64,000 nucleotides of DNA from Alphaproteobacteria bacterium. GTDB taxonomy: Bacteria > Pseudomonadota > Alphaproteobacteria > UBA828. Made by a program: the position numbers and the translations under genes. Shown piece by piece: positions 11,035 to 19,516 of the stretch (within the stretch, counting starts at the first letter, position 1; every line of letters starts with the position of its first letter). Location of the stretch: positions 1 to 64,000 of the forward strand of contig CBDCQT010000003.1 in assembly GCA_965220745.1 (NCBI GenBank). The letters are read 5' to 3'. The notes beneath the pieces were generated by a model that saw only the letters and a program-made list of their open reading frames with translations, searched no databases and was not told the DNA's origin.

Positions 11035-12069
11035 CTAGCCGCGGATCGCGGCTTCGACGGCCGGCCGGTCGAGCGGCGCGAGGCCGATCACCACCAGCCG
11101 GCCCTCGCGTGCCTCGTCCGGGCGCCAGTCGCGGTCGAAGTGGCGGTCCACGCGGGTGCCGACCGCCTGCACCACCAGCCGCCGCCGCTTGCCCGCAACG
11201 TCGAGGAAGCCCTTGGCGCGGAGCAGGCCGTGCGCATCCGCGGCGATGCTGAGCCCGGCCGCGAAGGCGGCGGGGTCGTCGATGGTGCCGAGCGCCATCA
11301 CGAAGCTCTCGAACTCGTCGTGGTCGTGGGGCTCGTCGAGGCCGTCATGGTGCGAGCGGCGGCTGGCGAGATCGGCCTCCGCCGCCGCATCGAGGCCGAG
11401 CAGGAGGTCCGGCGGCACGCGACCGTGCGCCGCCTCGACCACGCGCGCGCCGGGCCGGAGGTGCGGCGCCATGCGCGCCTTGCCTTGCGCGGCGCCGCCA
11501 GCGGCCAGCAGGTCGGCCTTGTTGAGGATCACCATGTCGGCGCAGCCGATCTGATCCTCGAAGACCTCGGCCAGCGGCGATTCATGATCGAGGGCGTCGT
11601 CCGCCTCGCGCTGGGCCTGCAGCGCGTCCTCGTCGTCGGCGAAGCGGCCCTCGGCCAGCGCGGGCCCGTCCACCACCGCGACCACGCCGTCCACGGTGAG
11701 CCGGGTGCGGATCTCGGGCCAATTGAAGGCGGCGACCAGCGGCTTCGGCAGCGCGAGCCCCGAAGTCTCGATCAGGATGTGCTCGGGCGCGGGCTCGCGG
11801 GCGAGCAGCGCCTCGATCGCCGGCGCGAAGTCGTCGGCCACGGTGCAGCAGATGCAACCGTTGGCGAGCTCGACGATATCGACTTCGTCGCAGGCCTCGT
11901 CGCCGCAGCCCTGCAGCACCTCCTGGTCGATGCCGAGATCGCCGAACTCGTTGATGATGAGCGCGATGCGGCGCCCGTTCGCTTCGCCGAGCGCGTGGCG
12001 GATGAGGCTGGTCTTGCCGGCGCCGAGGAAGCCGGTGATCACGGTCGCGGGTATTTTCTGGTTTTGCAT
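11035..12069 (-). CDS. cobW: Cobalamin biosynthesis COG0523 GTPase
   Basis: ITGFLGAGKT, INEFG, ELANGCICCTVADDF, IETSGLALPKPL. Confidence 0.95.
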   Translation of the reverse strand: MQNQKIPATVITGFLGAGKTSLIRHALGEANGRRIALIINEFGDLGIDQEVLQGCGDEACDEVDIVELANGCICCTVADDFAPAIEALLAREPAPEHILIETSGLALPKPLVAAFNWPEIRTRLTVDGVVAVVDGPALAEGRFADDEDALQAQREADDALDHESPLAEVFEDQIGCADMVILNKADLLAAGGAAQGKARMAPHLRPGARVVEAAHGRVPPDLLLGLDAAAEADLASRRSHHDGLDEPHDHDEFESFVMALGTIDDPAAFAAGLSIAADAHGLLRAKGFLDVAGKRRRLVVQAVGTRVDRHFDRDWRPDEAREGRLVVIGLAPLDRPAVEAAIRG

Positions 12070-12075
12070 CGCTCC

Positions 12076-12993
12076 TCACGCGTTCAGGCGGGTCCACCCG
12101 GTGCCTTCGTGGCCGAAGGCGAAGTGTGCCGGGTGGAGGATTTCGGCCAGGATTTCGAGGGATTCGACCAGACGCGGCCCCGGCCGGTTGAAGAAGGCAT
12201 TGCCGTCGGTGGCGTAGACCGCGCCGGCCCGTGCTGCGCGCAAGCCGCTCCAGGCGGGATCGGCCAGCAGCGCGCGGCCGTCGTCCACCGTGCGCGGCAG
12301 GTCGTAGCCGCAGGGCATGAGCACGATGGCGTCGGGGTCGACCGCGGCCACTGCGTCGATGGTAATGCGCGGAGAGTGGCTGCCGTCGGCGCCCAGGGTG
12401 TCGATGCCGCCCGCGAGCGCGACCAGCTCCGGCACCCAGTTGCCGGCGGTCATGGGCGGGTCGGACCACTCGACGGTGAGCACGCGCTTGGGTGGAAGCG
12501 TCCTGGCACGCTCGGCGATCGCCGCCACCCGCTCGCGCAGACCCGCGCACACTGGCCCCGCATCGACCCCGAAGGCGTCGCCCACCCGGCCGATGTCGTC
12601 CCACACGTCGCCGAGGCGCATCGGCGCGAGCGAGACGATCTGCACCGGCGCCTCCAGGAACGCGGCCGCCGCGGCCTCGACCTCAGGCAGGCCCACGGCG
12701 CAGACATCGCACTGGTCTTGGGTCACGATGTGGCTCGGCCGCGCGGTGCGCAGGATCTCGATATCGAGGTCGTAGAGGCTGAGCGCCGCGGCGAGCAGCT
12801 TGCCGACTTCCTCGTGGATCGCGCCGCTGGGCTGGCTCGCGTCGATGCGCGCGCGGGTGCAGGCGGGCGCCTGCGCGACCTCGGGTGGCCAGTCGCACTC
12901 GTGGCTGCGGGCGACGATGTTCTCCGCACAGCCCAGGGCCGCGACGATCTCGGTCGCGCTCGGCACCAGCGAGGCGATGCGGGGCGTGCTCAC
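12076..12993 (-). CDS. BtuF-like cobalamin-binding protein (no signal peptide visible)
   Basis: RIASLVPSATEIV, RSHECDWP, IVTQDQCDVCAV, MPCGY, FNRPGPRL class III binding-protein motifs. Confidence 0.8.
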   Translation of the reverse strand: MSTPRIASLVPSATEIVAALGCAENIVARSHECDWPPEVAQAPACTRARIDASQPSGAIHEEVGKLLAAALSLYDLDIEILRTARPSHIVTQDQCDVCAVGLPEVEAAAAAFLEAPVQIVSLAPMRLGDVWDDIGRVGDAFGVDAGPVCAGLRERVAAIAERARTLPPKRVLTVEWSDPPMTAGNWVPELVALAGGIDTLGADGSHSPRITIDAVAAVDPDAIVLMPCGYDLPRTVDDGRALLADPAWSGLRAARAGAVYATDGNAFFNRPGPRLVESLEILAEILHPAHFAFGHEGTGWTRLNA

Positions 12994-13529
12994 GGCTTCA
13001 GCGTCATCGGCAGGCCGGCGGCGACGAAGACCACGCGCTCGGCGGCCTGGGCCACGGCCTGGTTGAGCCGCCCGGCATGGTCGCGGAAGGCGCGGGCGGC
13101 GACGTTCTCCGGCACGATGCCGAGGCCCACCTCGTTGGAGACAAGCACCGCGCGCCCTTCCAGCCGGCCGAGGCAGGCCGTGAGGCGCTGGGTCTCGGCG
13201 GCGATGTCGCGGCCGGCCTCCATGAGGTTGCTGAGCCAGAGGGTGAGGCAGTCCACCAGAAGCGCGGAGCCGGGGCGGCTCTCGGCCTCCAGCGCCTCGG
13301 TGAGCGCGAGCGGTGCCTCGACCGTGCGCCAGCGGGGCCCGCGCCGGGCGCGGTGCGCCGCGATCCGCGCTTCCATCTCGGCATCGCGCGCTTCGGCGGT
13401 GGCGATGTAGAGCCGGGGGCCCGCGCAGTCGTCCAGCAGCGCCTCCGCATGGGCGCTCTTGCCCGAGCGGGCGCCGCCGAGAACGAGGGTGATGCGCGCC
13501 GGGGGTGGCGCCTGATCGAGACCCGCCAT
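12990..13529 (-). CDS. cobU: Bifunctional adenosylcobinamide kinase/guanylyltransferase (CobU/CobP)
   Basis: LVLGGARSGKS, YIATA, LVDCLTLW, VSNEVGLGIVP, FRD..G; ATG 13529 preceded by GGAGGGAGG. Confidence 0.93.
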   Translation of the reverse strand: MAGLDQAPPPARITLVLGGARSGKSAHAEALLDDCAGPRLYIATAEARDAEMEARIAAHRARRGPRWRTVEAPLALTEALEAESRPGSALLVDCLTLWLSNLMEAGRDIAAETQRLTACLGRLEGRAVLVSNEVGLGIVPENVAARAFRDHAGRLNQAVAQAAERVVFVAAGLPMTLKP

Positions 13530-13561
13530 GATCCTCCCTCCGAGGACGTTGCAGCCCTGCC

Positions 13562-13752
13562 GCGCAGCCGGTCTCCTGGCTCGGGGTCGTCGACGGGGCC
13601 CCGGCCTTCCCGATCCTTGCGGATCAGTGGCCCGCGCAATGCGCACAGGGTCCGTCTCGCCGCTTACAGTTGCGGGGGCAGCGCCGGACTGGCCCGCGCC
13701 TCTCTCTGGCACGGGCGTCACCGGCTTCCCACGCTGCGTGACCGGCCCACGC
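13562..13752 (-). ncRNA. Cobalamin (AdoCbl) riboswitch
   Basis: Minus strand reads GGGAAGCCGGTG...TCCGGCGCTGCCCCCGCAACTGT...GCCACTG...GGGAAGG...GAGCCAGGAGACC, directly upstream of cobU; ends approximate. Confidence 0.92.
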
Positions 13753-13862
13753 TAACGCAGGCGGGCGCGAAACGCTACTGCGCGCGCAATGCGCGCATCT
13801 CGAACGGGTCGCGCGTTGCGCAGTCGCGCGTGGGCACCTATATGTGGGTGTAGGGAGGCCGT

Positions 13863-14141
13863 GTGTTCAGCAGGAACGGAACCTGTCCGATGCCCTCCCG
13901 CGCAGCCATTCTCACCAGCCTGGGACGCCCCGATCCGAAACCCTTCGCGTTCGAGCCGCTGCCCGATCGGTTCGACGAGCCGAGCATCAAGATCGGCCTC
14001 GAAGGTCACGGCGCGGTGGTCGTGGACGTGGACGCAGCAAGCCGCCTCGCCAACGCGATCCGCATCAACGCCCCCGAGCGCGCAGATCAGATCGACGCCT
14101 GCATCGAGCAGGCGGCGCGGAACGTCAGGGGCGTTTCCTGA
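13863..14141 (+). CDS. Small hypothetical protein
   Basis: Only plausible ORF in the gap, with host-like codon use; start may be the internal ATG (MPSRAA); no recognised family. Confidence 0.45.
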   Translation: MFSRNGTCPMPSRAAILTSLGRPDPKPFAFEPLPDRFDEPSIKIGLEGHGAVVVDVDAASRLANAIRINAPERADQIDACIEQAARNVRGVS

Positions 14142-14271
14142 GATTTGGGCTGACGCCCGTCAGCCTTTGGGCGCTGCAGCCAGGGTGAGCCATGCCATCC
14201 GAGCCCGAGTAGGTTTGCGCCAGTTCCCCCTCCAGTTCTGGCGAACTAGGTCGGCACCGTCCAGGACCGCC

Positions 14272-15204
14272 CTAGTTTCTCCCAGGAATAGGCACAATCT
14301 GTTGATTCACCATTTGCATAAAGGCGCGCCCTTGTTGATTTTCGATGATCTTGTAGGCCCCCGTTGCGTCTAGCGTGATAATGCAGGCGTGATGAAGAGA
14401 AAGGACTGCATCCTGTAACCTCTGGTCGTCCTCCAGAACCACAACCTTGTCGCCAAAAATTTCTTGCGCCTCTTGCACGCCGATATGGCGGCTGTGAGTT
14501 TTGGTCGTTTTCTTATCGGTCAGCTTGTTGACGATTTGATTCGCACGTCTACCGTCACCTTTCTCGCCATCGAGCATATTAGATAATAGAAATCTCTTGC
14601 CCATATTTTGCGCCCAATCGACAGCATTCTCGCACTCCGTAACAAACCCAGGCTCGATTTGACGCAGTACGGGCTGCCACAATAGTGCCGCCGATGGATC
14701 GTTCTTAATTTCACTCCTTATTTTCTCAAACTCTTGTAGTAATCCAGTAGCAGCCACTCCACGAAACTGAGGGTCAATCGGTCCGATACTAGACCCTTTA
14801 CCCATGTATATTTGCTTGCAAGACAATGCGATGAGCGTTCCGCCAGACATAGCAAGTTGGGGGACAAAGGCCCGAACATCCTTGCCAAACATCGCACGTA
14901 AGTAATCTACGAGCGACTCTGTGGCCGCCATATCGCCGCCGGGAGTGTGCAAGATAAGATCTAGACCTTTAGATCGGTCCAACTTGTGGACCGCTGCCAT
15001 TAGACCATTCTTGTCAGCGTCAGTGATCCCCGGGTCTACACCAGGTTCCCTTACGAGGTTTGGTTTTTGAAGCCAACCTGAATAGTAAATTATGGTATTA
15101 CGTCTTGTTAGAAGCGCAAGCTTCTTAAGGTACTTGCGTCGAATAATGTCGTAGTTGCTTCCAGCAGCTTTGTGTTCAGCTAATAACTCATTCCATGCTG
15201 GCAT
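14272..15204 (-). CDS. ClpP-class serine protease (SDH_sah/S49-like)
   Basis: GLDLILHTPGG, PQLAMSGGTLIALSC, SIGPIDPQ, HSRHI motifs; visibly lower GC than flanks. Confidence 0.85.
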   Translation of the reverse strand: MPAWNELLAEHKAAGSNYDIIRRKYLKKLALLTRRNTIIYYSGWLQKPNLVREPGVDPGITDADKNGLMAAVHKLDRSKGLDLILHTPGGDMAATESLVDYLRAMFGKDVRAFVPQLAMSGGTLIALSCKQIYMGKGSSIGPIDPQFRGVAATGLLQEFEKIRSEIKNDPSAALLWQPVLRQIEPGFVTECENAVDWAQNMGKRFLLSNMLDGEKGDGRRANQIVNKLTDKKTTKTHSRHIGVQEAQEIFGDKVVVLEDDQRLQDAVLSLHHACIITLDATGAYKIIENQQGRAFMQMVNQQIVPIPGRN

Positions 15205-15210
15205 GCCCCT

Positions 15211-15399
15211 CTAGTCTCCTGTATCGCAGGCAGGATAACTCGTAACGGAAACGACACTACGCTCCTGAGTTGACATATTTTCTAGCAGCTCGAAGATGGC
15301 GGAATAGCCTTCGGGCTTTTCGGTGTCGGAATCAATTACATGCGACAAGTCGCGTTCCAACTCGCTGGTCTTTTCATGATCTCTCTCGGTAACAGTCAT
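15211..15399 (-). CDS. 62-aa acidic hypothetical protein upstream of the protease
   Basis: ATG 15399 with AAGGGAG RBS; stop 6 bp before protease start; same low-GC tract. Confidence 0.55.
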   Translation of the reverse strand: MTVTERDHEKTSELERDLSHVIDSDTEKPEGYSAIFELLENMSTQERSVVSVTSYPACDTGD

Positions 15400-15466
15400 T
15401 GCCGACACTCCCTTTGCCGATTGAGCATAGGCGGTCCTTCGCCAAGTTGACGTAGTGGGGATTCTC

Positions 15467-15496
15467 ACTATATGGGCCGGGAGTCATACTTGACAA
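15467..15496 (-). promoter_or_regulatory. Sigma70-like promoter for the small ORF/protease pair
   Basis: Minus strand TTGTCA-18 bp-TATAGT, ~70 bp upstream of ATG 15399. Confidence 0.45.
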
Positions 15497-15615
15497 GCAG
15501 AATTCAAATATTGGTGATTCGAGTGAACTCTTTGGTCTCATCTCTTCAGCGTGGCTGCGTCCCAACCGCTCTAAGTCCCAAGCGAGCTGTCTAGCCAACA
15601 GTATCTAACTCGTTG

Positions 15616-15760
15616 TCACCGTGCCAACCCGGCTACCGTGACGGCCGGCGTCAATTCGACTCCGGCTTCGACGAGCGTCTTGATGGCGCGCGCCTTGCCG
15701 GCCAGGTCCGATGCCATGAGCGGCGCGAAGGTTAGCGACCCTGTAACTGGCGTGCGGGAT
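15616..15760 (-). pseudogene. Possible C-terminal remnant of a phage portal-like gene
   Basis: ...LTFAPLMASDLAGKARAIKTLVEAGVELTPAVTVAGL* recalls portal C-termini (from memory only); lies at the 3' side of tRNA-Arg. Confidence 0.3.
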
Positions 15761-15784
15761 GAACGACTCCTAGCACTTGCAGGG

Positions 15785-15861
<77 letters not shown>

Positions 15862-15913
15862 TCTCGGCGGACCGCTGGCGCGCACCATAGGCAAGCCGGG
15901 CGGCGCGCGCTAG

Positions 15914-16136
15914 TTTATTCACTTCCCTCAGACGCCGGGCGCTGACTCTTTCATTTCCCTCAACGGCGGGCGCTCACTCCGTTCGCTTGCCTACGCGCCT
16001 TCGGCGCGGCGCGCGGTCGCGCGCTCCAGGCTGCTCCGCAGCCTGGCTCCACACATGGCAAACACTCTGTCTGTTTCCGCGCGGCGCTGTCGCGCCGTCC
16101 GGGCTGCTCCGCAGCCCGGTCCCTCTATGGGCAAAC
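15914..16136 (+). repeat. Palindrome-rich REP-like repeat, left copy with internally duplicated modules
   Basis: TTTATTCACTTCCCTCAG.CGCCGGGCGCT module (x2), GCGCCTTCGGCGC hairpin, CC(A/G)GGCTGCTCCGCAGCC(T/C)GG hairpin followed by GGCAAAC (x2). Confidence 0.8.
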
Positions 16137-16214
16137 GCCTCGTTGGCTGCCGGGGGGAGAAACCGGACCATGGTGCGGTGCACAGGGAGGGGCGGCGCGG
16201 GGCAGCATCGCGGG

Positions 16215-16991
16215 ATGAGCCACAACACCACCCGCGAGCACAGCCACGCCATGCAGAACGAAGCCCAGAAGACCCCGACCAGCCCGGCATTCGGGCGCTC
16301 CTCCATCAAGCGCCTGCCGGCCAAGCTCCGCGAGGCCGTCGATCAGGCCATCGCGGACGGCGCCACCATCGACGAGATCACCGCCCGCATCTGGGCCGAA
16401 GGCGAGACATGCTCGCGCTCGGCCGTCGGCCGCTACGCCAAGAACATGCGCGACATGATCCGCCAGCAGCAGGAGACCGACCGCACCATCAAGGCGTGGG
16501 TGGATGCGCTGGGCGAGCGGCCGGAAGGTCAGGCGGGACTCATCCTGATCGAGACCCTGCGGACCATGGCGCTCGCCACCATGGCTCGTCTCAGCGCGCG
16601 GGAAGAGCCCGTGTCGACGGAGGAGCTCGCCCGCCTCGCCCTCACCCTCAAGCGCATCGAAGGCACCGACAAGCTCCGCAAAGACCGGGAGCGGGCGGCA
16701 AAGAAAGCGGCACGCGCTGATCAGCCCAAGGGCCAGGGCGGGCTCTCGCCGGAGGCCGTCGCCATCATCCGCGCGGAGGTGGAGGGCAGGCCCCCGCCGC
16801 CTCCCCGCACCGTCACATCGGTGCCGGTGGACCCGTGGAATCCAGCCGAAGCCCGCCTATACCCATCAATCCCAGCTGATCCCAGCGAATCCCACTTGAG
16901 CCCGGATCATCGCTATGAATCCTGGACGGAAATCGCTCCGCGCGTGTATCGCACCAGCCCCACATCGATCCTGTCACTCGGGCCGGAGTGA
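16215..16991 (+). CDS. Phage Mu gp27-like (DUF3486) protein with Pro-rich tail
   Basis: RSSIKRLPAKLREAVDQAIADGATIDEI...SRSAVGRY N-terminal HTH and GLSPEAVAIIR C-terminal motif typical of DUF3486; start 16215 or 16251. Confidence 0.75.
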   Translation: MSHNTTREHSHAMQNEAQKTPTSPAFGRSSIKRLPAKLREAVDQAIADGATIDEITARIWAEGETCSRSAVGRYAKNMRDMIRQQQETDRTIKAWVDALGERPEGQAGLILIETLRTMALATMARLSAREEPVSTEELARLALTLKRIEGTDKLRKDRERAAKKAARADQPKGQGGLSPEAVAIIRAEVEGRPPPPPRTVTSVPVDPWNPAEARLYPSIPADPSESHLSPDHRYESWTEIAPRVYRTSPTSILSLGPE

Positions 16992-17003
16992 GGCGCCGGG
17001 CGC

Positions 17004-17122
17004 TTTATTCATTTCCCTCAGTCGCCGGGCGCTCGCTCCGCTCGCTTGGCTCCGCGCCTTCGGCGCGCGGCGCTATCGCGCCGTCCGGGCTGCTGCGCAG
17101 CCCGGTCCCCATTGCGGCAAAC
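17004..17122 (+). repeat. Palindrome-rich REP-like repeat, right copy in direct orientation
   Basis: TTTATTCATTTCCCTCAGTCGCCGGGCGCT...GCGCCTTCGGCGC...GCGCCGTCCGGGCTGCTGCGCAGCCCGGTCCC...GGCAAAC matches 15914-16136. Confidence 0.8.
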
Positions 17123-17247
17123 TCCGTGTCCGCTGCCGCGCGCGGTGGGGCTTCGCCCGTAAGGCTGCACCCGTAGGGCTTCGCCCTTGTCGGCGGGGCG
17201 GGGTTCGCTATTCTGCCGCCGCTTGAAGGCAAGGGAGGGATAGAGCC

Positions 17248-17958
17248 ATGTCGTCGATGCTGGTCACCGGTGCGAACAGAGGGCTCGGCCTCGAAATGGT
17301 GCGCCAATTCGTGGACGACGGCTGGCGCATCTACGCCTGCTGCCGCGCGCCCGAGACGGCTACCGATCTCGCCGCGCTCGCCGCCCAGTCGGACGGCGCG
17401 ATCACGCTGCACACCCTCGACGTGGGCAAGCCCGCGCAGATCGAGGCGCTGGCAGACGAGCTTCGCGGCACGGCCATCGACATGCTGGTCAACAACGCGG
17501 GCCTGCTCGGCTGCACGATCGACTCAATGGGGCCGGGCGCCTTCGGCACAGTCGACTACGAAGCCTGGATGCAGCTGCACGAGATCAACACCATGGCGCC
17601 GCTCCGCGTTGCCGAGGCCTTCGTCGATCACGTCGCGGCGAGCGACATGAAGCTGATGTTCTTCATGTCCACGTACATGGGCTGCATCACCGAACTCGCC
17701 GACGGCGGCCTCTACCCCTACCGCTCCAGCAAGGCGGCGCTCAACCTGGTGGTGAAGGGGCTTTCCATCGATCTCGCACCGCGTGGGGTGCGCACCATCG
17801 CGGTCCATCCCGGCTGGGTGAGCACGGACATGGGCGGGCCCGAGGCGCCGGTCAACAAGGAGCAGAGTATCGCCGGCATCCGCCAGGTGGTGGCGAACTA
17901 CGGCAGCAGCCAGACCGGCTGCTTCTATCAATACGACGGCAGGGAGCTGCCCTGGTAG
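17248..17958 (+). CDS. Short-chain dehydrogenase (CsgA/C-factor-like)
   Basis: VTGANRGLG, NNAG, YRSSK, HPGWVSTDMGG; [10 protein letters not shown]. Confidence 0.9.
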   Translation: MSSMLVTGANRGLGLEMVRQFVDDGWRIYACCRAPETATDLAALAAQSDGAITLHTLDVGKPAQIEALADELRGTAIDMLVNNAGLLGCTIDSMGPGAFGTVDYEAWMQLHEINTMAPLRVAEAFVDHVAASDMKLMFFMSTYMGCITELADGGLYPYRSSKAALNLVVKGLSIDLAPRGVRTIAVHPGWVSTDMGGPEAPVNKEQSIAGIRQVVANYGSSQTGCFYQYDGRELPW

Positions 17959-17999
17959 CAGCCCACCCGCCCGAATCCGAGACAAGGGAGTATGGATTG

Positions 18000-19307
18000 A
18001 TGGCCGTGGACCTGGCTCAGGCCGCGAAACAGAAGAAGATTCGCTATTTCCTGATCAGCTTCGTGGACCTGTTCGGGGTGCTGCGGGCCAAGCTCGTGCC
18101 GGCCGAGGCGATCGCAGGCATGCAGGAGGATGGCGCGGGCTTCGCCGCCTTCGCCGCCTGGCTCGATTCGACGCCGGCCGAGCCCGACATGCTGGTCAAG
18201 CCCGACCCGGCGAGCCTGATCCAGCTGCCGTGGAAGCCCGAGGTCGGCTGGCTCGCCGGCGATTGCTGGATGAACGACGAGCCCATGCCCGACACGCCCC
18301 GGCTCAAGCTCAAGAGCAAGCTCGCCGAAGCAAAGAAGCAGGGCTACCGGGTCAAGACCGGGGTCGAGGCCGAATACTTCATCGTGAGCGCGGACGGCAC
18401 CGCGATCTCCGATCCGCTCGATACCCAGGCCAAGCCCTGCTACGACCAGGCGGCCCTGATGCGCCGCTACGACGTGGTCTCCGAGATCTGCGACGCCATG
18501 CTGAGCCTCGGCTGGGGGCCCTATCAGAACGACCACGAGGACGCCAACGGCCAGTTCGAGATGAACTGGGACTACGATGACGCGCTGGTCACCGCAGACC
18601 GCCACGTTTTCTTCAAGTACATGGTGAAGTCGCTGGCCGAGAAGCACGGGCTGCGCGCGACCTTCATGCCGAAGCCCTTCTCCAACCTCACGGGCAATGG
18701 CTGCCATGCCCATGTCTCGGTCTGGAACAACTCGGGCAAGAAGAACCTGTTTCACGATGCCAAGGGCGAGCTCGGCATCTCGAAGCTGGGCTACCAGTTC
18801 CTCGGCGGCATCCTGCAGCGGGCGCCGGCGCTCTGCGCGATCTGGAACCCGACCGTGAACAGCTACAAGCGGATCAACGCGCCGGTCACGCTCTCGGGCG
18901 CCACGTGGTCGCCCAACCAGGTGGCCTACGGCGGCAACAACCGCTCGACCATGGTGCGCATCCCGGATGCCGGGCGCTTCGAGCTGCGGCTGATGGACGG
19001 CGCGTCCAACCCCTACCTGCTGCAGGCGGGCGTGGTCGTCGCCGGGCTCGACGGCATCGAGAACCAGCTCGACCCCGGCCAGCGCACCGACCTCAACCTC
19101 TATGCCGAGGGCCACAAGCTGCGCGGCGCGCGCAAGCTGCCACTCAACCTGCTGGACGCGCTTCGGCTCTTCGAGAAGGACAAGGTGCTGCGCGCGGGCT
19201 TCGGCGAGAGCTTCGTCAAGAGCTACGTCAAGCTCAAGACGAACGAGTGGAACGAATACGCCGGCACGATCTCCGACTGGGAGCGCAGCAACACCCTGGA
19301 TTGCTGA
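18000..19307 (+). CDS. glnT: Type III glutamate-ammonia ligase family, likely gamma-glutamylmethylamide synthetase (GlnT/GmaS)
   Basis: YFLISFVDLFGVLRAKLVP, KPCYDQ.ALMRRYD, YQNDHEDANGQFEMNW, SGATWSPN, C-terminal TLDC. Confidence 0.88.
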   Translation: MAVDLAQAAKQKKIRYFLISFVDLFGVLRAKLVPAEAIAGMQEDGAGFAAFAAWLDSTPAEPDMLVKPDPASLIQLPWKPEVGWLAGDCWMNDEPMPDTPRLKLKSKLAEAKKQGYRVKTGVEAEYFIVSADGTAISDPLDTQAKPCYDQAALMRRYDVVSEICDAMLSLGWGPYQNDHEDANGQFEMNWDYDDALVTADRHVFFKYMVKSLAEKHGLRATFMPKPFSNLTGNGCHAHVSVWNNSGKKNLFHDAKGELGISKLGYQFLGGILQRAPALCAIWNPTVNSYKRINAPVTLSGATWSPNQVAYGGNNRSTMVRIPDAGRFELRLMDGASNPYLLQAGVVVAGLDGIENQLDPGQRTDLNLYAEGHKLRGARKLPLNLLDALRLFEKDKVLRAGFGESFVKSYVKLKTNEWNEYAGTISDWERSNTLDC

Positions 19308-19347
19308 GGCGAATTCCAACCTCACCGGATCACGATTCGAACCTTCC

Positions 19348-19452
19348 CACCTCCCCCTGTCCCCCTCCCCCAAAGGCGGAGGGGGAACGTAGACGGCACC
19401 GCTAAATGCTCCCTCTCCTCCCCGTCGGGGAGGAGAGGGCCGGGGTGAGGAG
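19348..19452. repeat. Pair of alphaproteobacterial REP-like palindromes
   Basis: CCCCCTCC...GGAGGGGG and CCCTCTCCTCCCCG-TCGGGGAGGAGAGGG-CCGGGGTGAGG hairpins between glnT and tRNA-Leu. Confidence 0.65.
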
Positions 19453-19516
19453 GGGGAGTCTTGAGCCGCGCGGTATTGCAGGGCGGCGGGCCGCAGTGAG
19501 CGACATGATCGGCGGC

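Noticed and set aside
13530-13721. N-terminal extension of CobU
   Set aside because: It overlaps the riboswitch. The true start is ATG 13529 with an RBS.
13760-15784. att-site duplication of the tRNA-Arg 3' end bounding the islet
   Set aside because: No second copy of the tRNA 3' sequence found by eye and no integrase.
15987-16214. Upstream in-frame extension of the DUF3486 ORF
   Set aside because: It runs through the palindromic repeat and is unlikely to be coding.
15914-17122. Repeats considered as a CRISPR array
   Set aside because: No regular repeat-spacer period, units are degenerate and hairpin-rich, and there are no cas genes in the window.
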